A DNA stretch of 56,884 nucleotides from Planctomycetaceae bacterium (GCA_046075685.1 JBJTQP010000208.1:1-56884), one strand, 5' to 3'; positions 28,482-38,523 are shown, counted from the stretch's first letter. The notes: a model not told the origin generated them from the letters alone. Program-made: numbers and translations.

Positions 28482-31400
28482 ATGACCAACCGCTCCTCAC
28501 CGCCGCCCGCGCTTCTGATCACGGGCATGCACCGCTCGGGCACGTCGTTCGCCGCGTCGCTCCTGCAGGCGGCCGGGGTGCACCTCGGCGACCGCCTGCT
28601 CGAGCCCCATCCGAGCAACCCGCTGGGTCACTTCGAGGAACTCGAGTTCTACGAGTTCGACCGTCACCTGCTCCGTTCGCACGGTGTTCCGGACGATGGC
28701 TTCACGGCCACGGCGGTCGTCGAGCCCGGACCGCTGTTCCACGACGCCGCCCGCCGGCTCGTCGACGTCCGCCGGAATCGGGGCGTGCCATGGGGCTGGA
28801 AGGATCCTCGGGCCGCGCTGCTGCTCGACTTCTGGGCCGGCCTGATCCCCGAAGCCCGATTCCTGTTCGTGTTCCGCCCGCCGTGGGACGTGGTCGACTC
28901 CCTGTATCGACGCGGCGATCCGCTGTTCGTCGCCAATCCGCCGTTCGCCCTCGACGTCTGGCGACACGTCAACGGTCGGCTTATCGACTTCGCCCGGCGG
29001 CATCCCGATCGCGTGCTCCTGCGGGAAGTCTCCCGGATGGCTGCCGCGCCGGATGAACTCCTCGCGGACGTGCGGACGCGGCTCGGCATCCCGGTCGAAG
29101 ACGCTCCATCGACGTTCCGGCCTGAGTTTCTCTCCCCGGCGCCCGCCGATCGCGGCGACCTGGTCGCCCGCGTGGCCCCCGAGTGTGTCGAACTCCTGCA
29201 CCTGCTTCGCGAACTGCCGGGTGGAACGCCGGCGGAGGACACCATGAGGGCACCGCCCCCCGAGGCCCGGGATGCCGGCCTCCGCGACTGGCAGCAGGTC
29301 CGCGGGCTGGAGCGACGCGAGCGCGAGGCTGCGACGGCGCTGGCCGGGCTTTCGGCCCGGGCGCGTGACGCCGAGCAGCAGGCGACGCGTCTCGAGGGAT
29401 TGCTCGCGGATGCCGCACGCGACGCGACTGCGGCCGCGGCGGTGGCCGGGAAGCTGGAGGCCGCGGAATTGCGGGCTGCCCGCGCCGAGGCCCGGGAGCG
29501 GGACGCCGACGGGCGGATCGCGGCCCTCGTCGCCGAAGCCCGCACCGCCGTGATCGAAGCGGACGGCGCCGCGGAACAGCGTCGGCGGATCGCCGCGCTC
29601 GAGGCGACGGTCAAGGCACTCCTGGGCAGCACGAGCTGGCGACTGACTGCACCGCTTCGTGCCGCCGGCGGTCTGCTCACCAGCCACGGCCGACCGTTTG
29701 CGGCCCGGCTCACGGCCCACTGCCGGTTCCTCGTCCGCCGGCTGTCGTCACCCACGGCCGTCCGGCGGGCCGCCGCCCGCGCGGCGGAGATCCTCTCCCG
29801 CGACGGCGTGGGAGGCCTCGTGCGGGCCGTCGGCTCGGCCCGCCGGCTCGACGAACACCGCGACGCCGCGACGCCGCCGGCGCGGCAGGCCGTGGTGCGG
29901 ATGCCCTTGGCACCGCCACTGCCGGTGCACCGGTCCCGCGGCGCTGCCGCCGGCCGGCCGCTGATCTCGATCGTGATGCCCGTGTTCGATCCTCCGGCCG
30001 CCGTGCTCGACGCCACGATCGGCTCCGTGCTTGCACAGACGTCGCCGCGGTGGGAGCTGATTGCGGTCGACGACGCCTCCACTGCTGCCGACGTCCGCAA
30101 CGTCCTCGAGCGGCACGCGGCGGGCGACCCGCGCATCCGCGTCCACCGCCGGGATCTCAACGGCGGCATCGCGGCGGCCACCAACACCGGCGTCGGCCTC
30201 GCTTCCGGCGAGTTCGTGGCCTTCCTCGACCATGACGACCTGCTGGCCACGGAGGCAATCGACCGGATCGCGGAGGCCTTCGTGGCCACGGCCGCCGACG
30301 CGATCTACAGCGATCAGGACACCGTCGACGCCTCGGGCCGGACGACGTGGACGTTTCACAAGCCGGACTGGTCGCCCGAGTATCTGCGGCATGTGATGTA
30401 CGTCGGCCACCTGCTGGTCGTCCGCCGGGAACTTGCCCTGCGGCTCGGATTCAAGAGCGAGTTCGACGGCGTGCAGGACTTCGAGTTCATGCTCCGCGTC
30501 GGCGAGACGACGCGGGCGATCGCCCATCTGCCCGAGGTCCTCTACCACTGGCGGGCCCTCGCCGGCAGCGTGGCGGCCGACGCCGACGCCAAGGCAGGCA
30601 TCGACGCCCTCCAGGCGCGGGCCGTGCAGGAGCATCTGCAGCGGCTGGCCCTGCCGGGCGTCGCCACGCCCCATCCGCAGCACCGCCACCGCTGCGTCGT
30701 CACGCCGCGGCTGCACCGGATTCCCCGGGTCTCGATCGTGATCCCGTCCCGTGATCAGCCCGACCTGATCGGCCCCTGCCTCGACTCGATCACCCGCGAA
30801 ACGACCTATCCCGACGTCGAGGTCGTCGTCGTCGACACCGGCACCACCGACGCTCGCGCCCTGGAGATCCTCCGCCGGCAAGGCCTCCGCGTCGTGCCCT
30901 TCGGTGGCCGCTTCAACTTCTCCGCCGCCTGCAACGCGGGTGCCGCCGCGGCCACGGGCGAGGTGCTCGTGTTTCTCAACAACGACACCACGGTGGTCTC
31001 GCCCAACTGGCTCGAGCACCTCGTGTTCCACCTGCTGGAGGCCGACGTGGGTGCCGTCGGGCCGCTGCTTGTCTACCCGGACGGCAGCGTGCAGCATGCG
31101 GGCGTGGTGCTCGGCGCCCGGGGCACCGCCGATCACGTGATGCGGCGATTCCCCGCCGACGCCGATGGGTATGCCGGCAGCCTCTCCTGCCCCCGCGAGG
31201 TGTCCGCGATCACCGGCGCCTGCCTGGCGATGCGCCGCGAGGTCTTCGAGCGGCTGGGGGGCTGGAATGGGCTCTACGCCACGCACTATCAGGACGTCGA
31301 TCTCTGCCTGCGGCTCAGGAGGGCCGGCCTGCGGTGCGTGTTCACGCCGCAGGCGCGGCTCGTGCACCATGAGAGCCCGAGCCGCGGGGAGCGCTACGAT

Positions 31401-31544
31401 TTCCTCGATCGCCTGCTGCTGATCGACACCTGGCGCGACGAGCTCGCCGGGGGCGATTCATGCTATCCGCAGGCCTGCTCGCTCGAGCGGCTCGACTACT
31501 CTCCGGCCGAGCCGGCATCCGAGCACGCCCATGCCCGCCACTGA
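28482..31544 (+). CDS. Multidomain protein: sulfotransferase-like domain, coiled coil, two GT2 domains
   Basis: ITGMHRSGTS and WGWKDPR (sulfotransferase); Ala/Glu/Arg helical region ending STSWRLTAPLR; GT2a ISIVMPV..VDDAS..FLDHDD; GT2b VSIVIP..FLNND..AITGACL..QDVDLCLR. Confidence 0.9.
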   Translation: MTNRSSPPPALLITGMHRSGTSFAASLLQAAGVHLGDRLLEPHPSNPLGHFEELEFYEFDRHLLRSHGVPDDGFTATAVVEPGPLFHDAARRLVDVRRNRGVPWGWKDPRAALLLDFWAGLIPEARFLFVFRPPWDVVDSLYRRGDPLFVANPPFALDVWRHVNGRLIDFARRHPDRVLLREVSRMAAAPDELLADVRTRLGIPVEDAPSTFRPEFLSPAPADRGDLVARVAPECVELLHLLRELPGGTPAEDTMRAPPPEARDAGLRDWQQVRGLERREREAATALAGLSARARDAEQQATRLEGLLADAARDATAAAAVAGKLEAAELRAARAEARERDADGRIAALVAEARTAVIEADGAAEQRRRIAALEATVKALLGSTSWRLTAPLRAAGGLLTSHGRPFAARLTAHCRFLVRRLSSPTAVRRAAARAAEILSRDGVGGLVRAVGSARRLDEHRDAATPPARQAVVRMPLAPPLPVHRSRGAAAGRPLISIVMPVFDPPAAVLDATIGSVLAQTSPRWELIAVDDASTAADVRNVLERHAAGDPRIRVHRRDLNGGIAAATNTGVGLASGEFVAFLDHDDLLATEAIDRIAEAFVATAADAIYSDQDTVDASGRTTWTFHKPDWSPEYLRHVMYVGHLLVVRRELALRLGFKSEFDGVQDFEFMLRVGETTRAIAHLPEVLYHWRALAGSVAADADAKAGIDALQARAVQEHLQRLALPGVATPHPQHRHRCVVTPRLHRIPRVSIVIPSRDQPDLIGPCLDSITRETTYPDVEVVVVDTGTTDARALEILRRQGLRVVPFGGRFNFSAACNAGAAAATGEVLVFLNNDTTVVSPNWLEHLVFHLLEADVGAVGPLLVYPDGSVQHAGVVLGARGTADHVMRRFPADADGYAGSLSCPREVSAITGACLAMRREVFERLGGWNGLYATHYQDVDLCLRLRRAGLRCVFTPQARLVHHESPSRGERYDFLDRLLLIDTWRDELAGGDSCYPQACSLERLDYSPAEPASEHAHARH

Positions 31545-32709
31545 CGTCTGGCTCGCCTGCCACGGTCCGCTGTCGTGCAACAGCGGCCTGCACGTCCGGC
31601 ATCTCGCCGCCGAACTGGCCCGCCGCGGGTGCGACGTGACCGTCTGCGTTCCCGAACGATCGACCGACGACCGCGAACTTGCTCGTGGCGTGCGGCTGCT
31701 CACCTTCGGCGACGCGATCCGAGCGGCCGACGTGACGCGACCTGACCTCGTGCACCTCTGGACGCCGCGGGAGCGGATGAGGCGGTTTCTCGAGGCCGTC
31801 GTCCGCCGCTTCGGGCGGGTGCCCCACCTCGTGCACCTGGAGGACAGCGAGCCGCTGCTCGTGCGGCAGCAGATGCGACTGCCGCCGCACGAGATCGACG
31901 ACGTCGCCGACGGCCTGCGTCCGCTCGACGTGCCGGATCACCTCGCGCATCCACGTCACGCCCGGACGCTGCTGGCCACCGCGGCCGGGGTGACGGCGCT
32001 GATCGAAACGCTGGTGGCGGATCTGCCCGCCGGCATGCCCACAGTGGTCTTCCATCCGGGATTCGATCCTGCCTTCGCCGCCCCGCGTCCGGCCGCGGCG
32101 GCGGCGGTCCGCCACCGGCTCCGTGTTCCCGTGGGCACCCGTCTGGTCGCCTACACCGGCAACGTGCACGCCACCAACGTCGACGAGGTCCGCAGCCTGT
32201 ACCTGGCCGTGGCGCTGGCCAACCGCGCCGGCCTGCCGCTGGTCCTCGTCCGCACGGGCGTCGACCACGTGCCGCTGGCCGATCACGGTCTCGCCGACCT
32301 GCGGCGGCACGCCATCGAGCTCGGCAGTGTGCCGCGGAGCGAGTTGCCCGAGCTCGTCCACGCCGCGGATCTGCTCGTCCAACCCGGCCGCGCAGATGAA
32401 TGGAACACCACCCGCGTGCCCTCGAAGCTGCCCGAGTGGCTCGTTTCCGGACGGCCCGTGATCCTGCCGCGGGCCAACCTGGGACTGGAGCTCGTCCATG
32501 GCACCAACGCGATCGTGCTCGAGGAGGCGACGGCCGAGCGGCTCGTGGCGGCGTTCCGCGAGTGGCTGCCGCAGCCCGCGCGGCTGGAGGCCATCGGCGC
32601 CGCGGGCCGCGAGTTCGCCCGCGCCCATCTGACGTGGGAATCGGCAGCCGACGCGGTGGCGGCCGTCTACGACGCGCTGGGCGCCGGCACGCCCCGCGGT
32701 CGCGACTGA
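31531..32709 (+). CDS. Glycosyltransferase family 4
   Basis: SGLHVRHLAAELARRG, YTGN, ADLLVQP..PSKLPEWL.SGRPVI, REFARAHLTWE. Confidence 0.88.
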   Translation: MPATDVWLACHGPLSCNSGLHVRHLAAELARRGCDVTVCVPERSTDDRELARGVRLLTFGDAIRAADVTRPDLVHLWTPRERMRRFLEAVVRRFGRVPHLVHLEDSEPLLVRQQMRLPPHEIDDVADGLRPLDVPDHLAHPRHARTLLATAAGVTALIETLVADLPAGMPTVVFHPGFDPAFAAPRPAAAAAVRHRLRVPVGTRLVAYTGNVHATNVDEVRSLYLAVALANRAGLPLVLVRTGVDHVPLADHGLADLRRHAIELGSVPRSELPELVHAADLLVQPGRADEWNTTRVPSKLPEWLVSGRPVILPRANLGLELVHGTNAIVLEEATAERLVAAFREWLPQPARLEAIGAAGREFARAHLTWESAADAVAAVYDALGAGTPRGRD

Positions 32710-32734
32710 TGCCGTGCCTCCCGGCCTGCGGGCG

Positions 32735-33787
32735 TCACCGCCCGGTGGCCACGATGCCGGCGAGTTCTGCGAGCGACTCGACGCCGCAGCCGCCACCTGC
32801 CGCCACCGCAGCCCGCACGCGATCCGCCAGCCCGCCGCCATCCAGGCAGACGTGCCGCCAGACGCCGGCAAGCGTGTCGCCGGCATCCGGAGGTGAAGAA
32901 CTTCGGCGCCGACGCAGTTCCAACACTCTTCCGAAGGCCTGCTCCACGGCCGCCACGTCCGCGCGATAGTGGCGCTCGAGCGCGTCGTGCCGCTCCGCGT
33001 CGAGCAGATCGGCGGCCACCGGCCGTGGCGCGGAACTGGCGTCCGAATAGGCCTGCAGCGTGCGATCGAGATCCTCGTCGAGACCCGCGAGGAGGGTCTC
33101 CGGCAGGGCATTCACGAGCCGCTTGAACGCCGCCGCAGCCGGGGTGTAGCCCCGATTGATGCGGGGCGTGGATCCGGGCCCCGCCAGCCCCAGCAGCGCG
33201 CGGAAGCGCGCCACCGCATCGACCGGTTCCCCACGCTCGACATAGGGCAGCCCCGTCATCCGCCGCCGGCCGCAGCAGCGCAGCCAGTCGAGTGCCGCGC
33301 GGCCCGCAAGCGCGTCGGTCATGATGTTCCCGGCGACGATCTCATCCACGGTCTGCGCGAGCGTCGCGGTGCCGTAGTGCCGCTTGATGCCCTGGTTGTG
33401 GTGCGAGGCGATGGCATCGAGCGGATGGCGCAGGAAGCAGACGACGTGAAACGACCGCGTCGGCAGCGCGGCGACCACGTCGTCAGCGTGCGGATAGACG
33501 CCCTCGGCGGAGAGCACGAGCCGGCAGCCGGCGCGGCGGGCGTCGGCAAGGTGGCAGGCCAGGGCACGGCGGGCGCTGGACGGCTGGCCCCCGGTGAGCA
33601 GGGCGAAGGTTTCGCCATGGCCGCCCGACACGCCGTTGCTGTCGAGGGGGTGCGGCGGATAGTGCAGGCCTGCGGCCCGAAGCTCGGCAGCGTGCAGCCG
33701 GCAGTGACGCTGGATCGCCGACGAGCCCGTCTTCGGGCCCCCGATGTGGAGCACCAGGTCGGCATCGTCCGGAACGGGGGCCGTCAT
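32735..33787 (-). CDS. Sulfotransferase-like P-loop protein associated with polysaccharide export
   Basis: LVLHIGGPKTGSSAIQ, LVLSAE, CFLRHP..SHHNQ; start overlaps wzt stop (ATGA). Confidence 0.75.
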   Translation of the reverse strand: MTAPVPDDADLVLHIGGPKTGSSAIQRHCRLHAAELRAAGLHYPPHPLDSNGVSGGHGETFALLTGGQPSSARRALACHLADARRAGCRLVLSAEGVYPHADDVVAALPTRSFHVVCFLRHPLDAIASHHNQGIKRHYGTATLAQTVDEIVAGNIMTDALAGRAALDWLRCCGRRRMTGLPYVERGEPVDAVARFRALLGLAGPGSTPRINRGYTPAAAAFKRLVNALPETLLAGLDEDLDRTLQAYSDASSAPRPVAADLLDAERHDALERHYRADVAAVEQAFGRVLELRRRRSSSPPDAGDTLAGVWRHVCLDGGGLADRVRAAVAAGGGCGVESLAELAGIVATGR

Positions 33788-34515
33788 GTCGCGGTACCCG
33801 GGCCCGCCGGCATCCGCTGCGCCACGACTCCGCCGTGGGCCAGCTCCACCACGGCCGTGCACTCCCGGGCGATCAACTCGGGCGAGTGCGAGGCGAGCAC
33901 GAGGATCCCGCTCGAGCGGATCAGCTCGCGGAGCCGCACCGCGCCCCGCTCGCGAAACTCCGCGTCGCCCACGGAGAGCCACTCGTCCATGAGCACGATG
34001 TCGGCCCGGAAGCTGGTCACGATCGAGAACGCCAGCCTCATCAGCATCCCGGTGGAGTACGTCCGCACCGGCATCGCGAGGTAGTCCCCGAGGCCGCTGA
34101 ACTCCGCGATCTCGGGCGTCAGCCGGGCGATCTCCGCCCGCGGCATCCCCTGGATCAGCCCGCGGATCAGAATGTTCTCGTAGCCGGTGGCGTCCCGCTC
34201 GATGCCGAGCGCCGGATTCACGAGGCTCGACACGGAGCCGCGGCGGATCACGCGGCCCCGCGCGGGCGGGTAGACGCCCGCCATCACCTGCAGGAGCGTC
34301 GACTTGCCGGCCCCGTTGTGGCCCATCACCCCGAGCCGATCTCCGCCGCCGAGCGTCAGCGACACGTCGCGAAGCGCCCGCACCACCGTCACGCCGGTGT
34401 CGCTGCCGATCAGCCCGCCCGTTGCGGCGGCCGCCAGCGTCGATTTCAGCGACGTCGCGTGCACCCCGTAGATCGGGAACTCGACCGTCACGCTCTCGAG
34501 CACGAGGTCGGCCAT
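33784..34515 (-). CDS. wzt: Polysaccharide ABC exporter ATP-binding subunit (Wzt, short form)
   Basis: GHNGAGKSTLL, TGYENI, YSTGMLMRLAF, MDEWLSVGDAEF, ASHS. Confidence 0.9.
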   Translation of the reverse strand: MADLVLESVTVEFPIYGVHATSLKSTLAAAATGGLIGSDTGVTVVRALRDVSLTLGGGDRLGVMGHNGAGKSTLLQVMAGVYPPARGRVIRRGSVSSLVNPALGIERDATGYENILIRGLIQGMPRAEIARLTPEIAEFSGLGDYLAMPVRTYSTGMLMRLAFSIVTSFRADIVLMDEWLSVGDAEFRERGAVRLRELIRSSGILVLASHSPELIARECTAVVELAHGGVVAQRMPAGPGTAT

Positions 34516-34517
34516 GG

Positions 34518-35324
34518 TCAGATCCAGTAGACGACGCGGCGCCGGCAGGACGCGTAGAGGGCGGCCGCGATCGACACCGTCAGGCACGTGAACACCGCGA
34601 GGAATCGCCAGGTGCCCGCCGCCGGCAGGGCGGCCAGCAGCGGCAGACGGACGACGTCGAGGAGCTGGGCCAGCGGATTCCAGAGAATGAACCGCGCCCG
34701 ACCGTGGAGGCTGTCGGGCATCCAGAAGACGGGCGTCAGAAACATCAGGAACTGCATCGCCGCGGCGGCGATCGGCGCCAGGTCGCGAAACCGGGCCGTG
34801 AGGATGCCGAGGATCGTCATGATGGCATGCAGGTTCACGAGCACGACGAGCAGGCCCGGCACCACCAGCAGCAGGCGGGGCGACAGAGGCACTCCGGCCC
34901 AGATCGCCACCGGCACGTAGAGCAGGAGGTGGTGGGCGAACTGGATCACGAGCCGGGCGAGACTGCGCCACACGAAGGCGCTCAGCGGAAAGGCCGCCTG
35001 CTTGAGGTAGGGCGCGGCCGCGATCAACGCCTGACAGCCGTCGGTGACCGCCCCCACGAGAAAGTGCCAGACGATCACGCCCAGGGCGAGGTGCGGATAG
35101 AACCGCTGCAGGGGCACGTCGAAGAGCACCGCGTAGAGCGGGCCCATCCCCAGGAGCAGGAGCCCCATGCTGAGCGTGATCCAGAGCGGTCCGAGGAGCG
35201 ATCTTCGGTAGCGGAGCACCGTGTCATACCAGGCCAGCGTGCCCCAGAGGCCGATCTGCCGCGTGCCCGCCAGCCAGTCGGCCAGCGGCCCGTCCGCAAG
35301 GGTGGCGTCGGCCGGTGGTGTCAT
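34518..35324 (-). CDS. wzm: Polysaccharide ABC exporter permease (Wzm)
   Basis: RYRRSLLGPLW, ARFRDL, MFLTPVFW, WNPL..VR; about 6 TM helices. Confidence 0.9.
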   Translation of the reverse strand: MTPPADATLADGPLADWLAGTRQIGLWGTLAWYDTVLRYRRSLLGPLWITLSMGLLLLGMGPLYAVLFDVPLQRFYPHLALGVIVWHFLVGAVTDGCQALIAAAPYLKQAAFPLSAFVWRSLARLVIQFAHHLLLYVPVAIWAGVPLSPRLLLVVPGLLVVLVNLHAIMTILGILTARFRDLAPIAAAAMQFLMFLTPVFWMPDSLHGRARFILWNPLAQLLDVVRLPLLAALPAAGTWRFLAVFTCLTVSIAAALYASCRRRVVYWI

Positions 35325-35487
35325 CGCTGCGTCGCGGAATCCGGGGGCGGGCCGCCTGCACCGCTGGCGGGTGCGCCGTGGCCGGGGTACCGTGCGGGAA
35401 CCGCCCGCACGGCCGTCTCCTGCGACAGTAGGCCGGGGTGCCGGGCGGGTCAAGCAGTCGTTGCAGCCCGCCCTCCGGGACATTCGC

Positions 35488-36477
35488 GTGACCGCCGCCG
35501 ACGCCGTGACCGTGATCATCGTCGCCCACGATGCGGCTGCGCATCTGCCACGGTGCCTGGGATGCCTCGCCGCGCAGACGCATCCTCCCGAGCGGCTTCT
35601 CGTCTACGACAACGCCAGCCGCGACGGGTCGGCCGCCGTGGCTGAGGCCGTCATCGACGGCAGCGACGTGCTTCGTGGCCGCGCGGAGGTCCACAGGCTG
35701 GAGACGAACGTCGGCTTCGCGGCCGCCAACAACCTCGGGGTGGCCGTGGCCTCCACGCCCCTCGTCGCCCTGCTCAATCCCGACGCCTTTGCGGAACCCG
35801 ACTGGCTCGCCTGCCTGGTGGCAGCCGCCGCGGCCCATCCGCGGGCCGCCGCCTTCGGCTCGCGGCAGATGCTGGCCGGACGAACCGGTGTCGTCGACGG
35901 CCTCGGCGACCGCTGCCACGTCGGCGGCCTCGTGTGGCGGAGCGGCCATGGCCGGCGGCTGGCCGACGCCGATCTCCTCCCGGGGGAGATCTTCTCGCCG
36001 TGCGCCGCTGCGGCCCTCTATCGCACGGAGCTGATCCGCAGGGTCGGGGGATTCGATGAATCGTTCTTCTGCTTCGTGGAGGACGTCGACCTCGGCTTCC
36101 GGCTCCGGCTCGCCGGCCACTCGGCCCGCCTCGTGCCCGACGCCGTCGCGCACCATGTCGGCGGCGGCGGCGCGACCCGCGATGGCGGGCGATCGGCCAC
36201 GTTCCTCGGCCATCGAAATCTCGTCTGGTCCTATGTGAAGAACATGCCGGCGCCCCTGCTGGTGGCGTTTTTGCCCCTGCATCTCCTGCAGACTATCCTC
36301 GCAGGAGTGGTGCTTTCGGGCCGCGGCGAGTTCATGACGTTCGCCCGCGCCAAGTATGAGGCCATCCGCGGACTGCCGGCGGCGTGGCGGCGGCGGCGCG
36401 AGATCCAGGCGGCCCGGGTGGCGTCCACGGCGGCCATCCTTCGCGTCCTCGACACGAGCCTCTGCGGCCGCGGCTAA
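35488..36477 (+). CDS. Glycosyltransferase family 2 (rhamnosyltransferase-like)
   Basis: VTVIIV, YDNASRDGS, NVGFAAANN, LLNPDA, GGFDE.FFCFVEDVDLGFR; start uncertain. Confidence 0.9.
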   Translation: MTAADAVTVIIVAHDAAAHLPRCLGCLAAQTHPPERLLVYDNASRDGSAAVAEAVIDGSDVLRGRAEVHRLETNVGFAAANNLGVAVASTPLVALLNPDAFAEPDWLACLVAAAAAHPRAAAFGSRQMLAGRTGVVDGLGDRCHVGGLVWRSGHGRRLADADLLPGEIFSPCAAAALYRTELIRRVGGFDESFFCFVEDVDLGFRLRLAGHSARLVPDAVAHHVGGGGATRDGGRSATFLGHRNLVWSYVKNMPAPLLVAFLPLHLLQTILAGVVLSGRGEFMTFARAKYEAIRGLPAAWRRRREIQAARVASTAAILRVLDTSLCGRG

Positions 36478-36487
36478 CGGTGCGACC

Positions 36488-37459
36488 ATGCCATCCGACC
36501 GCGTCGACCCGCAGCCCGTCTCGGTCGTGATCGTCAACTTCAACGCCGGTGAGATGCTGGGCGACTGCCTCGCGGCCAGCCTCGGCCAGGCCCGGCAGGT
36601 GGTGCTCGTCGACAACGCGTCGGCGGCGGCTCCGCTCGACGCGGTCCTTGCCCGGCTCGCCGCGGAACCGCGGCTCACCGTGATCCGCTCGGCCACGAAC
36701 TCGGGCTTCGCGGCCGGCTGCAATCGCGGGCTGGCGGTCGCCACGCAGCCGCTTGTGCTGTTTCTCAACCCCGACTGCATCCTCGGTGCAGGAGCCGTCG
36801 CCGCGCTCGTGGCGGCCCTGCGATCCGCGCCGCGGGTGGGGATGGCGGGCGGCCTGCTGACCGACGCCCGCGGCCGCGAGCAGGGGGGCTCGCGGCGGGC
36901 GGTGCCCACGCCCTGGAGATCATTCGTTCGGGCCTTCGGGCTGGCGCGGTTCTCCGCCCGCTGGCCGAGGTTGTTCGCCGACTACGACCTGCACCGCCGC
37001 CCGCTGCCGCGGCAGCCTCTGGATGTGGAAGCGGTGTCGGGGGCCTGCACGATCGTCAAGCGGAAGGCGCTGCGCGACGTGGGAGCGTGGGACGAGGGAT
37101 ACTTCCTCCACTGCGAGGACCTCGACCTGTGCATGCGATTTCGGGCGCGGGGCTGGCGGATCCTGTTCGTGCCCGCGGCCCGGGCCGTCCACTTCCGCGG
37201 CCGCTGCGGACGGTCGCGGCCGCTGCTCGTCGAGTGGCACAAGCACGCCGGCATGATCCGCTTCTACCGGCGGCACTTTCGCCATCAGTATCCGCTCGGC
37301 CTGATGGGCCTGGTGATCATCGGCGTCTGGCTGCGGTTCGCCGCCGTCGCCATCCGGCTGACGCTCGACCGCCTGCGACAGGCCGTCACGGCCGGCTGCG
37401 GCCGGGTCGTCTCCGCGTGTCGGCCGCCACGGCCGGCGATCTCGGAACGGTCTTCGTGA
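36488..37459 (+). CDS. Glycosyltransferase family 2 (WbbL-like)
   Basis: VSVVIVNFN, VDNAS, NSGFAAGCNRG, FLNPD, VSGAC, WDEGYFLHCEDLDLC. Confidence 0.9.
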   Translation: MPSDRVDPQPVSVVIVNFNAGEMLGDCLAASLGQARQVVLVDNASAAAPLDAVLARLAAEPRLTVIRSATNSGFAAGCNRGLAVATQPLVLFLNPDCILGAGAVAALVAALRSAPRVGMAGGLLTDARGREQGGSRRAVPTPWRSFVRAFGLARFSARWPRLFADYDLHRRPLPRQPLDVEAVSGACTIVKRKALRDVGAWDEGYFLHCEDLDLCMRFRARGWRILFVPAARAVHFRGRCGRSRPLLVEWHKHAGMIRFYRRHFRHQYPLGLMGLVIIGVWLRFAAVAIRLTLDRLRQAVTAGCGRVVSACRPPRPAISERSS

Positions 37460-38523
37460 CCTCGATGACCTTCATGGCCTTCAGAAACTCCGGGACGTCC
37501 ATGAACTCCGGCATCTCCATGAACTCCGGCATCTCTATGAACTCCGGCATCTCCGGGAACTCTCGCATCTCCGGCATCTCCGGGAACTCGGGGACATCGG
37601 GTACCGCGGACCGCGACGCGACCGCCGTCGGGGTGCTCGGCGCAGCGGGCCTGGTCGGCCGGCCGCTGGTCGACCTGCTGGCCGCCCGGGGTGACGACGT
37701 CGTGGCCTGCTCGCGGAGCCCGGACGAGCCGGCGGCCGCGGCCCGCGTCCTCCGGTGTCGCCCGGGCGATCGAGTCCAGGTCGGCGGCGGTGTCCCGCGC
37801 TGGGTCGCCGTCTGCCCGCTGTGGGCGGTGCCCGAGCATCTGCCATGGCTGGAGTCGCTGGGCATCCGCCGGCTGGTGGCCATCTCATCGACGAGCGTGA
37901 TCACCAAGCGGCGGTCGCCCGCGGCCGGGGAGCGGGCCGTTGCGGAGCGTCTGGCCACCGCGGAAGCGGACGTCGCAGCCTGGGCGGCCAAACGGGCTGT
38001 CGGCGTGTGCCTGCTGCGCCCCACGATGATCTATGACGGCAGACGCGACGGCAACGTGGCCGCGATCGCCGCCTTCGTCCGCCGCCGCGGGTTTTTCCCG
38101 CTGGCCGGTCCAGCCCGCGGACTCCGCCAGCCCGTCCATGCCGCCGACGTCGCCGCCGCCTGCAGCGCCGCCCTCGATCGTCATCCGCTGCCGCGGCCCA
38201 TCTACACGCTCTCCGGCGGAGAGCCGCTGCCGTTCCGCGACCTGGTGGCAGAGGTGTTCGCCGGCTGCGGGATGAAGCCGCGGATCATCCACGTTCCCAG
38301 GTGGCTGGTGTCGCTCGCGGCGGCTCTCCGCGGCCGTGGCAACGCGACGTCGCTCGCCGGGATGGCGGCGCGAATGAACGAGGATCTGGCCTTCGACCAC
38401 GCCGCTGCCGCCCATGATCTCGGCTTTTCACCGCGGTCATTCTCAGCCCGTTGCGTGGCCGCACCCGCCGCGGCTAAGCCGTCTGCCGCCGCGTCCGACC
38501 GCCTCGACGAGCCGCCGGCATGA
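37456..38523 (+). CDS. NAD-dependent epimerase/dehydratase family protein with N-terminal tandem repeat
   Basis: VLGAAGLVG Rossmann motif, AISSTS, LRPTMIY, RQPVHAADVA; GTG overlaps upstream stop, later in-frame ATGs possible. Confidence 0.8.
   Translation: MTSMTFMAFRNSGTSMNSGISMNSGISMNSGISGNSRISGISGNSGTSGTADRDATAVGVLGAAGLVGRPLVDLLAARGDDVVACSRSPDEPAAAARVLRCRPGDRVQVGGGVPRWVAVCPLWAVPEHLPWLESLGIRRLVAISSTSVITKRRSPAAGERAVAERLATAEADVAAWAAKRAVGVCLLRPTMIYDGRRDGNVAAIAAFVRRRGFFPLAGPARGLRQPVHAADVAAACSAALDRHPLPRPIYTLSGGEPLPFRDLVAEVFAGCGMKPRIIHVPRWLVSLAAALRGRGNATSLAGMAARMNEDLAFDHAAAAHDLGFSPRSFSARCVAAPAAAKPSAAASDRLDEPPA
37486..37602 (+). repeat. 9/18 bp tandem repeat (VNTR), unit AACTCCGGCATCTCCATG
   Basis: About six degenerate 18-mers encoding NSGTSM-NSGISM-NSGISM-NSGISG-NSRISG-ISG-NSGTSG. 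Confidence 0.9.

Noticed and set aside
37386-38024. Minus-strand ORF with PEMPEF repeats
   Set aside because: Reverse reading of the VNTR inside the epimerase gene
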